Origin: Prasinococcaceae sp. CCMP 1430
Lineage: Eukaryota; Plantae; Prasinodermophyta
DNA length: 64,000 nucleotides
Direction: 5' to 3'
Assembly (NCBI GenBank): GCA_013416795.1
Contig: RQSC01000908.1
Span: 1,339 to 65,338, forward strand
The notes beneath the pieces were generated by a model. The model saw only the letters and a program-made list of their open reading frames with translations. It searched no databases and was not told where the DNA came from. Positions 33,026 to 44,100 of the stretch are shown here, piece after piece. Each line of letters starts with the position of its first letter. The stretch's first letter is position 1. The position numbers and the translations under genes are program-made.

Positions 33026-34184
33026 GGCCGCTGCCCGCGGGGCCGCCCGCACCCCCGCGCGCTCCGCACGCCCCGCCGCCGCGCGCCGCCACGCAAGCGC
33101 CGGGCCGGCCCACAGCCCTAGCCTCCAACCGCCCGAAGCCCCGCGGACCGCCGCTCCTCCCCGCGCCGAGCACGCGCTCTGGCAACCCCCACGCCACGCC
33201 TCCCCGCCTCCTGCCTCTCCACACACACACTCCACCCACCCACCCACAGCCGCCAGCCGTCGCAGCGGCCGCCGGCGGCTGGCCGCCGACAAAAAAAAAA
33301 AACAGAAAAAAGAATGGGAAGTGATGGTGGTGCAGAGCACTGCTGGGCGTCCAAAATTGGCCCAAAAATGGGGTGAAAAAAAAGCGTGTCCGTCGCCAGG
33401 CGGATGTACGCCGGGGTGCACGCAGCTCCGGCGCGGGGCGCTTTTTGCGAGGGGGGTGCGCTCTCGCCCTGCAACTCATCCAGAAACGCCCTCGCCTCCG
33501 CCAGCCAGTGCCAGCCAGCGTCGACGCGCCGTCCAACGACAGCGCTGGGCGGAGGGAAGGAGGGAGGGGGCAAAACTCGGCCATGTTTGGGTTGGGGGAC
33601 TTTTTCAACGTAATTTGATGTACTGTACGTACCGTCATGATGGCATCATGCGCTACTGTACTGTACAGCATGTACTTTTCCATCAGCCCCCCCACCCACT
33701 GTGTAGTTTAGGGTTTTTCAAACAGGTTTTGCACCTGCTCGTAACATGTTCATCCCCCGACGCCCGACGGGGCCGCGCGACGCGCCCCGCTTCTCCGCAG
33801 GTTTGTCATTGTTCCTCCGTCGTTTGACGCGATTTTTTTGTTTTACGGACGAAATTTCGGAACGCGGAAACGCGCCCCCCCTCGCCTGTTTTTTCCAAAA
33901 ACAATTAAAATAAATAATGCGGCGAAAATGCGCGAATAAAAATGCCAAATGAACACGGCGGCGGCTTACCGATGTGTGCCACAGCGCGGGGGTGGCGGGG
34001 GCGTGCCCCCTCCCTCCCTCCCTGCCTCCCTCCCTCCCTCCCGTCGCTTTCCCCCCGGGCGCCGGGCCGTTGGCATCGGGGGGTGGTTGCGGAGGGGGGA
34101 GGGGCGGATGGCGCCGGGCGGCGGCGCGGGGCTGGCCGCGGCGGCGATCGCGGCGGGGGCGCGGCCGCGGGGGCGCGGGCGCCG

Positions 34185-34313
34185 ATGTGGGGCTTCTCGC
34201 AGGTGTTCGGCGAGCGGGAGGACCCCGATGAGGAGGTGCATGACGGTGCGTCCGCGCCCGTGGGGCGTGCCGCGCCGGCGATGGCGCGCGCGCGCGGTGG
34301 CAGCGCCGATCCG

Positions 34314-34354
<41 letters not shown>

Positions 34355-35965
34355 ATATCCACGCACACCTTTCCACGCGGCGCCCTTTTCGCGGTGCGCC
34401 CCCAGCTGGCGTGAGGCCGCTGCGCTCATAGGGTCTGACACGCGCGCGCCCTGCTCCCCCGCCGCGCCTCCTCACGGCGATGCGCAGCGGATATAATCTC
34501 GACGGTGGAGTTCGACCCGACCGGCGAGCACCTGGCCTCCGGAGACCAAGGCGGGCGCGTCGTGCTCTTCTCGCGCGCAAAGGCGGGCGAGGACAACGGA
34601 TGCCGGCCCAGGCACCCGTACGTCTACAAGTACCAGGCCGAGTTCCAGTCGCACGAGCCCGAGTTCGACTACCTCAAGTCACTGGACATCGAGGAGAAGA
34701 TCAACAAGATCCGATGGGTGACCAGCAGCAACGGCTCCAAGCTCATCCTCTCCACGAATGACAAAACCATCAAGCTGTGGAAGGTGTACGAGCACCGCGC
34801 GTGGCATGTGGCGACCGCGCGGCCGCTCAATGGGGGCTCGCCCGCGGGCCAGCGGGCGGCGGGCGCCGCTGGCGCGGGCACGCCAGGCGGGACTAATAGC
34901 GCACTCGATGGCGGTCTGGCGGCCGCGGGGGCGAACGGGGGGGGGCAGCCGGCGAGCCAGGGCGTGCTCACGTCGGCGTCGCAGCTCAAGCTGCCCAAGG
35001 TGCTGCGCGGGGAGCCTAAGCTCACCGCGCGATGTCGGCGCGTGTACTCGGACGCGCACGCGTACCACATCAACAGCGTGTCGACCAATTCGGACGGCCA
35101 GACGTACCTCAGCGCCGACGACCTGCGCATCAACGTGTGGTCGCTCGACGTGGCGGCCGAGTCGTTCAACATCGTGGACCTGAAGCCGAACAACATGGAG
35201 GACCTCACGGAGGTGATCACCGCCGCGGAGTTCCACCCGACACACTGCAACATGTTCGCCTACTCCACGTCCAAGGGAAGCATCAAGCTGGGCGACATGC
35301 GCACGGCCGCCACGCTGGAGCGCGCGAGCAAGACATTTGAGGAGCAGGAGGCGCCCGGCAGCCGCAGCTTCTTCAGCGAGATAGTGGCGTCGGTAAGCGA
35401 CCTCCACTTCGCCGGCGACGCCGGGAGCGGGCGCTACCTTGTGAGCCGCGATTACATGAGCGTCAAGGTATGGGACGTGAACATGGAGAAAAGCCCGGTC
35501 GCGACCTTCAAGGTGCACGAGCACTTCCGCACGAAGCTGTGCGACCTGTACGAGAACGATGCCATCTTCGACAAGTTCGGGTGCGCCGTCAGCGGTTGCG
35601 GCAACAAGGTGGCGACGGGGTCGTACGGCTCCCTCTTTCGCGTCTTCGACCTCCAGAAGCAGCAGGAGCTCATGCTCGAGGCCTCGCGCCAGCCGCTCGC
35701 GCTGTACCAGAAAAGTCCGAAGCAGGCCAAGTCGCCCAGTCGCGGCTCGCTGCGCGGACGGCACTCGCCGGGCAAGGGCGCGGGCGGGCCGCCCGACCTC
35801 GCGAGCCTGAACGGCCAGGTGGCCATCGACGCCGCGAAGTGCGACGTCGGTAGCAAGATGCTGCACCTGGCGTGGCACCCCACGCAGGACGTCATCGCGT
35901 GTGCCAACGCCAACGCGCTATACATGTACGCGAACATGCCACCCCGGACGGACGATCGCCCGTGA
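34185..35965 (+). CDS. PPP2R2: PP2A regulatory subunit B55. Exons 34185..34245, 34488..35965
   Basis: WGFSQVFGER...D|ADIISTVEFD, LASGDQGGRVVLF, FQSHEPEFDYLKSLDIEEKINKI, AHAYHINSVS, LSADDLRIN and LCDLYENDAIFDKF. Confidence 0.97.
34315..34354. repeat. C40 homopolymer in B55 intron 1
   Basis: An uninterrupted run of 40 C. Confidence 0.9.
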
Positions 35966-36395
35966 CCGCGTCGCTCGCTGGCGCGCCTGCATGCCGGGGT
36001 GGGGGCGCAGCTCGGCCGGGCGTGGGTTGGAGGCGGCACCTCCGGCGCCCACCGAAGCGATTGTACACATACACAGGGCCGCCGCGGGCTATACCCCGCG
36101 CGACCACAAACCCAACAGCAGCGAGCGCACCCGATGGGGTGGCGCGCGCGCACCACTGAGAATACTACACACAGCGGAGCAGACGCCGCAAGTAACATAT
36201 TGATTGCGGAGCGCACACTTCGGAACTCCGCCCCCGCCGGTCGAGCCGCCGCGCTGCGGCCGCGCGGCCGCCATGAGCGGAAACATCATGATGGTACCGC
36301 CCGGGGCGTGCCCGCTTGCGACCCACCGCCGGCCACCCGGCCGCCGGCGGGGCCGAGCTGCGTTCCCCAAGCTGGCACCTGGGCGCCCTTTACAG

Positions 36396-36486
36396 TGTTT
36401 TCTTTTTCTTTTTCTTTTTCTTTTTCTTTTTTCGATGCTGGGGGAGTGCATCCTGATAGACTCCGCCGGGCCTTTAAAAAAAAAAA

Positions 36487-36539
<53 letters not shown>

Positions 36540-37050
36540 GCAGCCGCGCGCACCGAGAAAATGATCCAAACTCGCTCAATCAATGATGGACGGTGCGCGA
36601 CGGCCGGACGCGAACGGAGGGCGACGGCGATGGGCTTGGGACGAGCAGGCCGGATGAGAGCCAGGGTGACTCTCCCATGACACCGGCGAGTCTTCGCCTG
36701 AGCATTGCGTGACCCCGATGAGTTTCGGGATGAGCCTTTCATTCATGGCGCCCCTTCGACTGACTGGCTGACTGACTGACTGGCTGATCATTGATCGAGG
36801 AGTGGGTGAGTGAGTGAGCTTTTTGTTCACGAGCTTTGCGCGATCCCAATGAGTTTCCGCATGAGTTTTTCCATGAACCCACCATGAGTCTTCGCATGAG
36901 CTTCGCGCGACAAGGATGAATTTCCGCATGAGTGTGACGTGAATCCCGCGTGAGTTTTTTTCGCGTCCAGCGTCTTGATGAGCCTCGGTTGGGTGACCCG
37001 GATGAGTCCTTGCAAGACCCGCGTGAGCTTTGGATGACTCGCATGAGAGC
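36396..37050. repeat. AT-rich low-complexity block (T-rich run, A11-T18-A34) followed by a degenerate ATGAG/GTGAG motif array
   Basis: Homopolymers at 36476..36538, then about 13 (A/G)TGAG(T/C) motifs between about 36650 and 37050. Confidence 0.7.
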
Positions 37051-37305
37051 CCCAATCATTGCCGTGCGTGCCCCGAATCAGAACTCGCACGTACCCGGGG
37101 TACGCCGTTACACGCAGCGCGCGTGCGAACTGATGGCGGACGGATCGGGAACGGGGGAACAGGCGTTGTGCCGCGCGCGCGCGCGCGGGCCTGCCGCGGC
37201 CCGCCACACCCGCGCCCGCACACCGCGGCGGCCGGAACAGGCGCGGGAGGGGAGGGCGTGCGGCTGCCGCGGTTGCCGCCCGCGGCGGCGGCGGAGGTGA
37301 CGCCG

Positions 37306-40300
37306 ATGCCGCCGCCGCCGATGCCTGTCGGCGCGCCCGGAGACACGACAGGGGCGGGGCCCTCAGCCGCCGCGTCGGATAGTGGCCGCACCGCGCGCGA
37401 GAGGCAGCAGCAGAAGGCGCACACGCACCAGGCGCTGGCAGCAGCGCCAACGCAGTTCTCGTTCGCCGCCGAGCCCACGATGGTGCACACAGCCGAGGCG
37501 GAGAGCGCCTTCGCTGAGAGCTGGCTGGACGAAGTGCTCGCGTATTCCGTGCGCGCACACGCGGAGGCCGCGCAGGCAGACGGGCGGGCGGGGCGCGGCG
37601 CTGGCAACAGCCTCGCTGCGCTGCTCGCCAAGGTGCTGCCGAGCTCGTCGGGCGGGCTGACCGGTCAGCAGCGAGAGGTCCGACCTGACCTTGAGGCCGC
37701 GCGCGAGTCGGGCCAGCAGGTAATGGCAACGCCTGGCCTCGGCGGCGATCCGTACGCGTCGCTCAGCCAAGGACGCGGAGGCGGGCTGCGCGTGTTCGGC
37801 CTTGACCGCGCGGGCCTCGAGGCCGCGGGCATCGATGTCCGCTCGACGAGGCGACTGTACCGCGGGCTGTACGTGCACGGCCTTGCACTGCATCGCCTGG
37901 TGAGCGGCGAGGCGTCGGGTGTGGTCAACGGCGGCGCGCTCGTATTGCGCCTCATGGTTGGCTACCGCGCGCTGCTTTCAGCGCTCGACGCCGACGGCGG
38001 TGGCGGCGGCAGCGGCGAGCTTGCGCCGCGAGGCAATGCGGCAGTGTTGGGGCGCACAGACACAGAGGCGGAGGTCAATCCGGGCGATCTGCTGGCGGCG
38101 ATGGAGTACGCCGCCGGCGAGCAGGAGCGCGCGCTCGCTGATCGCGGCGCGTGGGACCTGCGGATGCAGCTGATGCAGAAGGCCGTGCAGGCCGAGCGCA
38201 CCAAGCTCAAGAAGGCAAACAGCGAGCATGGCGAGACCCGCGCGGTGGTGCGGGACCTTGAGGCCGAACTCGAATCCTCGCGAGTGGACGTCGCACATGA
38301 GCGCGCCATTAGTAGGCGGCTGCGCGAGGAGGCTGAGCGCGTCAAGCAAAGATACACCGACTCGCTCGACGAGTGGAAAGGGAGGTTTGAGAGCGAGAAG
38401 CTGGCGCATCACGGGCGCCAGCAGCAGCTGCAGGCGAACCTCGAGGCGCACGGCAAGCTCGAGCGTCGACACCACCAGCTCGAATCCCTCCTCGCGGCCA
38501 AGAAAGCTGAGGCGGCCCAGCTGGAGGATGCCAACAATGCACTCGAGAAAGAGGTCAAGTTGCGCGACGTACGCCTCGAGGAGCAGCGCAAGGCGTACGC
38601 GCGCGACATGCAGAGCCTCAGCCAGATGAAGAGCTCATTCTCCGCGGTGGAGGAGCAACGCGATGCTGCGCGAGAGCTCTTCGACGAGGAGACCACCAAG
38701 ACCGCCGCCCTCAACGCGTCGCTCGAAGATATGATCAATCTCTCGCAGCGACAAGCCGAGGAGATTACGCAGCTCAAGGCAACCGTGAGCGCCAACGACA
38801 GGCGCATCGATGCGTGCACCGAGACCAACAGAGCGCAGCTCAAGCGCATCGAGGGACTTGAGGCGGATCTGCACGCGAAGGAACAACTCCAGGAGCGCCT
38901 GCAGTATGCGATGGACATGAACTCCTCCATGCGCAAGCGGCTCGAGCAGGCGACAATGTCACTGAATGAGGTGGAGAGTGAGGCATGCGTGCGCGTACTC
39001 GCGCTTAGGAAAGCGATGGAGGACCTCCGCGGGAACAAGGGTGAGCTCGAAGACACCCTCGTGCGGGCGCAGAAGAAGATGGACGACGGACGCGACGCCA
39101 ACGAGAAGCTCATGGACGACCTTGCTTCTAAGAGCGAGCATATTGCAGATCTGCACAGACAGCTGGAGCTCGCGTCTAACGCGATGGCCAAGGCGGAGGC
39201 GGCGGCAGACGACTTCAACGGCAAGCTCCTATTCGAGAGGAAGAGGGTGGAGAAGCTCGAGTCCGAGCTGGAGACAACTACCACTGAGCTGAACGAAACG
39301 CGTCGTGCCAACAACGCCCTGGTCGAGAACGAAGAGGCCACGGCCAAGGCAAACGAGGAGTCTGCCAAAGAGAAGGAGGTTCTCATCCAGGAGCTCAACG
39401 ACAAACTCGAGCAAGCAAACAACCAAAACCGAAGGGACGAAGAAGAGCTGCTCGATCTGCGGCCAAGGTGCAAAGAGCTGCGGCGGCTGGTGGGTTCGCA
39501 CCGCGAGCTCAAGGAGAAACAGGCGGCTACCGTGAATGAGCTGGAGGAGATGCGAGAGCGTGCTGTCGACGCCGACAAGCGCATCGAACAGCGCCGCATA
39601 GAGCACGACGCGGACCTCGTGAAGATAGGTGAGCTCGAGACGCGTGCTGCACACCTCGATGCCGCGCTTGAGGACGAGCAATTACACCGCGGGAATGAGC
39701 GCAACCGCGCCGAAGAACTCAAGGACCGCCTCGAGGCGCTCACCGCAGCGCACGAGAAGCTTAGCGAGGAACATCAGGATCTCATTTCGCAGCATGACCA
39801 GACGACGGCCGACCACGCCTACGAGGAGGAGCGCGGCAGCAACCTGACTGGAAAGGTGGAGCGCCTCGAAGAGGAACTGGAACGAACCCGACTGCAATGC
39901 CAGGAACTGGCCACGCAGCGTGAGGCGTGTGAGGGCGAGCTCAATGCACGCGCCAAGGCCAATCAGGAAATCAACGCGCTGCTGCAGCGCAACCTCGAAG
40001 ACCTACGCACAGAGCGCGAGGAGCACGCTGCCTGCAATGCGCGGCTCGTCGAGCGGCTCGACCACCTCTGGCAGCAAGTGGGCGAGGATCTGAAGGACAA
40101 GGCGTCCTTTGCCCAGCAATACGCCGAGCTCAACTCCATGGTTGCCGACATGAAGAGCAACATTGAGTTCGGGTCCAAAAAGCAGGCGGCCACCGCGGAG
40201 CTTCTGGATGTAGGGATTAGCCGTCTACAGCAGGAGCTCGACAACAACAGAAAGGCGGTCGCGGAGGCCAACGAGGCGCGCATGAAGGCGGCTGAGAGAG

Positions 40301-42273
40301 AGGCACAGCGTGCGACGAAGCGTATTGCCAGGCGCAGGGCCGCCAGCTTGCCGGGGCGTCCACCTGAACGTAGCAGGAGGTTCGCAACTGCGGGCGAAGC
40401 GCGCATGCATCGCCTTGAGGCGCAGCTCGAGAACGAGATCGAGCGGCGCGAGGAGGCGGAGGAGCGTGCGGACGGCTCGGAAGAGAACCTTGCACGCGTG
40501 CGCAAGGAACTGGCAGCGGTGCGCGCCTCCTTGGAGAATGGCGCCAATGACTTGAAGGGCCTACAGGCGGACCTGCAGATATCGCGCGCGGCGCACGAGG
40601 ACGAAGTCGCGGGCCTGCACAAGCGCATTGAGGCAGAGGTCGCCGCGCGCAAGTGGCGCGAGAAGTACGCCGCAGACGTCTCTGACAAGCTTGCCGACAC
40701 GAAGCGTGCTCTGCAATCGTTGGGCGCACGAAGGACCGTCTCGACGCGCACCACGCAGACTCAGTACGCCGACATCTGGAAGGGTAACGCGATGGACAAT
40801 AATGTCGGCGCGGGCCGTATGCAGGAGTTCCGCGCACGCTGGTTGCAGCGCGTTGCCGACGTGCAGGAAGGCGCGCAGCGCGTGATGCCTGCGCAGACCC
40901 TGATGAGCACCATCACCGAGCTGTACGCGGAGAAGGTACGCCACGATGCAGCCTCGCAGCGCCAGGGCAAAGACCCAACGGAGCTGCCCGAGCTCACACA
41001 CAACTTCTTCTTCAAGCGGTACGGCCTGCCCGAGCCCACTGAGGCGCATCTGTCCGAGTTCGTGGCGTCCATCCTCGCGCACCAGGACATCGACGAGGTC
41101 AAGGCATTCGGGCTCGCGTGTGGCGTGCTGTCGGAGGGTGGGGTCACGGGCGACCCTCTCGAGCAGCCCGGAGCGTCCAAGGTGCTGTCCACGCGCGGCA
41201 GCGGTGCCACTAGTAATCGCTCGCCCGCAGAGGAGGACGAGGACGGTGATGGCGATGACGCGCAGGGCGCCGCCGTGGTCAGGTCGCAGCTGCGGCATGC
41301 GTCGATCGTGCGTGACACACGGCTGCTCGGACTCAACGCGGGCGATCTAGCACACCCGCTCGCGTGCAATCTGGTGGAGCGCGTGTCGAAGGTCATGCCC
41401 TCGAGCCTCACTCTCGAGGAGCTCCAGCACCCGCTGGTTGACGAGGCCAACATCGCATTGCTCGCGACCGCCGGTGTGGACGGTCTTCTGCGGCGGATTG
41501 CAGCGGACAATGCGGGCGCTTTTCGAGAGCGCGAGCTGCCATCCGTCGACCTCGGCGTCATGGTGCAGGAGGAGCAGCTACCCCAACTGCACGTGCTGCT
41601 GCGGGAGGCCGCGGAACTCCTACACCTGCCGGCCGCGCAGGTGCCACAGCTTCACATCAAGGAGAGCCCGAGACCCAGGGCGTTCCTTTGGGATGTCGTG
41701 GGGCGACCGCCCAGCATCGTGCTCACGAGTTCGTTGGTGGACCTTCTCTCCCCCGCCCAGATTCAGGCGGTGGTCGCCTCGCAGATGGCGCTGCTCGGCA
41801 ATGCGCGGCTGCGGCCGTATGCCATGGCGAAGGCCGTGGCGAACTGGCGACCGCGCCTGAGCTGCCTGGATGCGTCAACCGCGCCGGCAGTGCGGCACGC
41901 GCTGGAGCGCTGGGGGCGCTTCGCACAGCTCACGGGCGATCGCGGCGCCCTGGTGGTCGCGCAAGACGTCGAAACCGTGGTGGGCGCCGCCGTGAAGGTT
42001 GCGGCGGGCGCGCACACGCTCTGCAACGAGCTCAACGTGGGCGTGCTACTCGAACAGGCTCGCCAGATGGACCGCGCGGCGACTTTGCGCGGCGACCGGC
42101 TCGACAAGCTCCTGAGCGAGGGCGGCACCAGCGCGGGCGCGTTCGCGCGCTCGGTGGTCGTTCTGCGCGCACGCGAGCTCGCGCGATGGTCGCAGAGCGA
42201 GCAGCTGCGCGAGCTCTTCGGCTCGGGCGAGCAGTACGCGCGCTCGGAGAGGTTCGTCTCCAGCTGGACGTGA
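37306..42273 (+). CDS. Giant coiled-coil protein with a C-terminal M48 (HtpX/PGM48-like) domain lacking HEXXH; start uncertain
   Basis: Uninterrupted ORF with about 850 aa of heptad-rich E/K/L/Q/R sequence. The C-terminus has LNAGDLAHP, PQLHIKESPRPRAF, PSIVLTSSLVDLLSPAQIQAVVASQMALL, RWGRFAQLTGDRGALVVAQD and VVLRARELARWS. Confidence 0.8.
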   Translation: MPPPPMPVGAPGDTTGAGPSAAASDSGRTARERQQQKAHTHQALAAAPTQFSFAAEPTMVHTAEAESAFAESWLDEVLAYSVRAHAEAAQADGRAGRGAGNSLAALLAKVLPSSSGGLTGQQREVRPDLEAARESGQQVMATPGLGGDPYASLSQGRGGGLRVFGLDRAGLEAAGIDVRSTRRLYRGLYVHGLALHRLVSGEASGVVNGGALVLRLMVGYRALLSALDADGGGGGSGELAPRGNAAVLGRTDTEAEVNPGDLLAAMEYAAGEQERALADRGAWDLRMQLMQKAVQAERTKLKKANSEHGETRAVVRDLEAELESSRVDVAHERAISRRLREEAERVKQRYTDSLDEWKGRFESEKLAHHGRQQQLQANLEAHGKLERRHHQLESLLAAKKAEAAQLEDANNALEKEVKLRDVRLEEQRKAYARDMQSLSQMKSSFSAVEEQRDAARELFDEETTKTAALNASLEDMINLSQRQAEEITQLKATVSANDRRIDACTETNRAQLKRIEGLEADLHAKEQLQERLQYAMDMNSSMRKRLEQATMSLNEVESEACVRVLALRKAMEDLRGNKGELEDTLVRAQKKMDDGRDANEKLMDDLASKSEHIADLHRQLELASNAMAKAEAAADDFNGKLLFERKRVEKLESELETTTTELNETRRANNALVENEEATAKANEESAKEKEVLIQELNDKLEQANNQNRRDEEELLDLRPRCKELRRLVGSHRELKEKQAATVNELEEMRERAVDADKRIEQRRIEHDADLVKIGELETRAAHLDAALEDEQLHRGNERNRAEELKDRLEALTAAHEKLSEEHQDLISQHDQTTADHAYEEERGSNLTGKVERLEEELERTRLQCQELATQREACEGELNARAKANQEINALLQRNLEDLRTEREEHAACNARLVERLDHLWQQVGEDLKDKASFAQQYAELNSMVADMKSNIEFGSKKQAATAELLDVGISRLQQELDNNRKAVAEANEARMKAAEREAQRATKRIARRRAASLPGRPPERSRRFATAGEARMHRLEAQLENEIERREEAEERADGSEENLARVRKELAAVRASLENGANDLKGLQADLQISRAAHEDEVAGLHKRIEAEVAARKWREKYAADVSDKLADTKRALQSLGARRTVSTRTTQTQYADIWKGNAMDNNVGAGRMQEFRARWLQRVADVQEGAQRVMPAQTLMSTITELYAEKVRHDAASQRQGKDPTELPELTHNFFFKRYGLPEPTEAHLSEFVASILAHQDIDEVKAFGLACGVLSEGGVTGDPLEQPGASKVLSTRGSGATSNRSPAEEDEDGDGDDAQGAAVVRSQLRHASIVRDTRLLGLNAGDLAHPLACNLVERVSKVMPSSLTLEELQHPLVDEANIALLATAGVDGLLRRIAADNAGAFRERELPSVDLGVMVQEEQLPQLHVLLREAAELLHLPAAQVPQLHIKESPRPRAFLWDVVGRPPSIVLTSSLVDLLSPAQIQAVVASQMALLGNARLRPYAMAKAVANWRPRLSCLDASTAPAVRHALERWGRFAQLTGDRGALVVAQDVETVVGAAVKVAAGAHTLCNELNVGVLLEQARQMDRAATLRGDRLDKLLSEGGTSAGAFARSVVVLRARELARWSQSEQLRELFGSGEQYARSERFVSSWT

Positions 42274-42908
42274 TTGCAATCGATTGGCGCGCATCACAAA
42301 CCCTATTTTCCACACTTTCGTACCCTTTCACCCAAAACCTAAACCACCCTCCGTCGACGTGGCCGCCTGTGGTGGTGCCCATCCCAATTCACGGATATTC
42401 GCATCCAAATTTAATTACATCCGTCGTATCTCTACGAGGAATGGCGTGTGCATCGATGCGCCGTGCGCAATCGAATTCTCTCCGCGCTTCCTTTGCCGTT
42501 ATCCGATGCACTCTCGGCGCCCAGCGGCATTTTCCGCCGAAAATCGGAGGCTCAAAAAAGGCGTCGATCCCACATCGAAACGAACTCAATCTGGTCGGCG
42601 CCGAGCGAATTATCGAGCGAAATTACCCCTAAAATCAAAATAAATTCTTTTAGACTACTGCAGGCCTTGCGACACCCGCCGATGCACTCGGACATATCAG
42701 AATGCATATCTGCGTCGCAGATTTGCCTGGTTTGCGGAAGCGCAGCGCGCGCGCCGAGGCGGGTGTTGGTGCAGGCGCGTGCGCGTGGGGTGTTGCTGGC
42801 GCGCCACACTGCGCGCGGGGAGCGTGGACGCCGTGGTCGGGAGCGGCTCGAGCGGGGTCGCACCTCCGCGGGTTCTTCCTTCCTCACCTCCCTCGGTCGG
42901 CGTCGGCG

Positions 42909-43976
42909 ATGGCGCTGCTGGCGGGCGCGCGCGCGCCGCCGCGCGCGAACATCGACCACGCGCACATCGCAAAGGCAAATCTCCACCTGGACGCGTGCCG
43001 CGCGCAGCAGGGGGGCGGGGGCGGCAAGGGCGGCGGCGAGGGCGAGGGCGACAAAAGCGGTGGCAAGCTGAGCGACGAGGACAAGGTGAAGCGGATGGCG
43101 AACTACATGGGCCTGGAGGACATGGACGCCAGGAACAGCAAGGAGCTGCTCAAGAAACTCGACGACCAGGGCATCTCGACGCCCGAGGAGCTGAAGGCGC
43201 TCTTCAACCAGACCAGCCTGAGGCTGATCTCGTCGCAGGTGTTCTCGCTGGTCCTCGACGCGGGCGCCATCGCGGGCTGCGCGAGCCTGCACACCTTCGC
43301 GACCACGCTCCCGCAGCCGCTGCGCTTCGGGCTCGACGCCGTGTCGTTCGGCCTCGGCGCGACCTTCGCCTTCAACTTCCTCGGCGGAGTCGTGGCGCTC
43401 GGCGCCAGCGCGACCGCCGCGGTGCTTTTCGGGGCCAACGCTGAGGCCTTCCTCGAGGCCGTCAAGGCGCGCAGCGAGGCGGGCGGCGGCGTGGAGCCGC
43501 TCGCCAAGGTCCGTGACGCCTCGAAGGCGCTCGAAATATACAACACACTGCGCGAGCTCAGCGACACACTGCAAGAGTCGTCCACGACGACCGCCTCCGG
43601 GGTCGCTGCCGGCACGTACTCGAATCTGGCCGCGTTCTTGCTCGTGGAGGACGCAATGAAGACTTGGGATCCGTCTGAGTTCGGCTTGACAGAGGCGGAC
43701 GCCGTGCGCGTCGCGCGCGCCTTCGCCGAGTACGATACCGACCGCTCGGGCGTGCTCGAGGCCAAGGAGCTCGAGGCCATCCTGGAAAAGCTGGGCATGA
43801 AGCTCGATGGCGAGGAAGACCTCGAGTACGCGCTGGAGGCGCTCGACACAAACAAGGACGGCGTGATCCAGTTCAAGGAGTTCGTCGCGTGGTGGGCTGG
43901 GTGTCCGGGCAACCTCTGCACCGCTGAGTACGACACTCCTGCATCCCAGACAGCGGCGGCGGAGCCGTCGAGTTAG
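42909..43976 (+). CDS. Membrane protein with two C-terminal EF-hands, possibly plastid-targeted
   Basis: Two to three hydrophobic helices followed by canonical loops DTDRSGVLEAKE and DTNKDGVIQFKE; high-GC3 coding pattern. Confidence 0.82.
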   Translation: MALLAGARAPPRANIDHAHIAKANLHLDACRAQQGGGGGKGGGEGEGDKSGGKLSDEDKVKRMANYMGLEDMDARNSKELLKKLDDQGISTPEELKALFNQTSLRLISSQVFSLVLDAGAIAGCASLHTFATTLPQPLRFGLDAVSFGLGATFAFNFLGGVVALGASATAAVLFGANAEAFLEAVKARSEAGGGVEPLAKVRDASKALEIYNTLRELSDTLQESSTTTASGVAAGTYSNLAAFLLVEDAMKTWDPSEFGLTEADAVRVARAFAEYDTDRSGVLEAKELEAILEKLGMKLDGEEDLEYALEALDTNKDGVIQFKEFVAWWAGCPGNLCTAEYDTPASQTAAAEPSS

Positions 43977-44100
43977 GCGAGGCGACCGCTGCGCTCATGG
44001 TGACCGCTGGTCCGCGCGTGCGTGCTACCCGCCGCGGAAATAAAATTTTGTTCGATTTTCTACTATTCACAAAGCGACGCCGCCTGCTGCCAAAGGCGTC

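Noticed and set aside
33290-33960. AT-rich island between GRWD1 and B55 as a MITE (likewise 42290..42700 and 56720..57260)
   Set aside because: No terminal inverted repeats or target-site duplications were found. The composition is compatible with ordinary promoter DNA.
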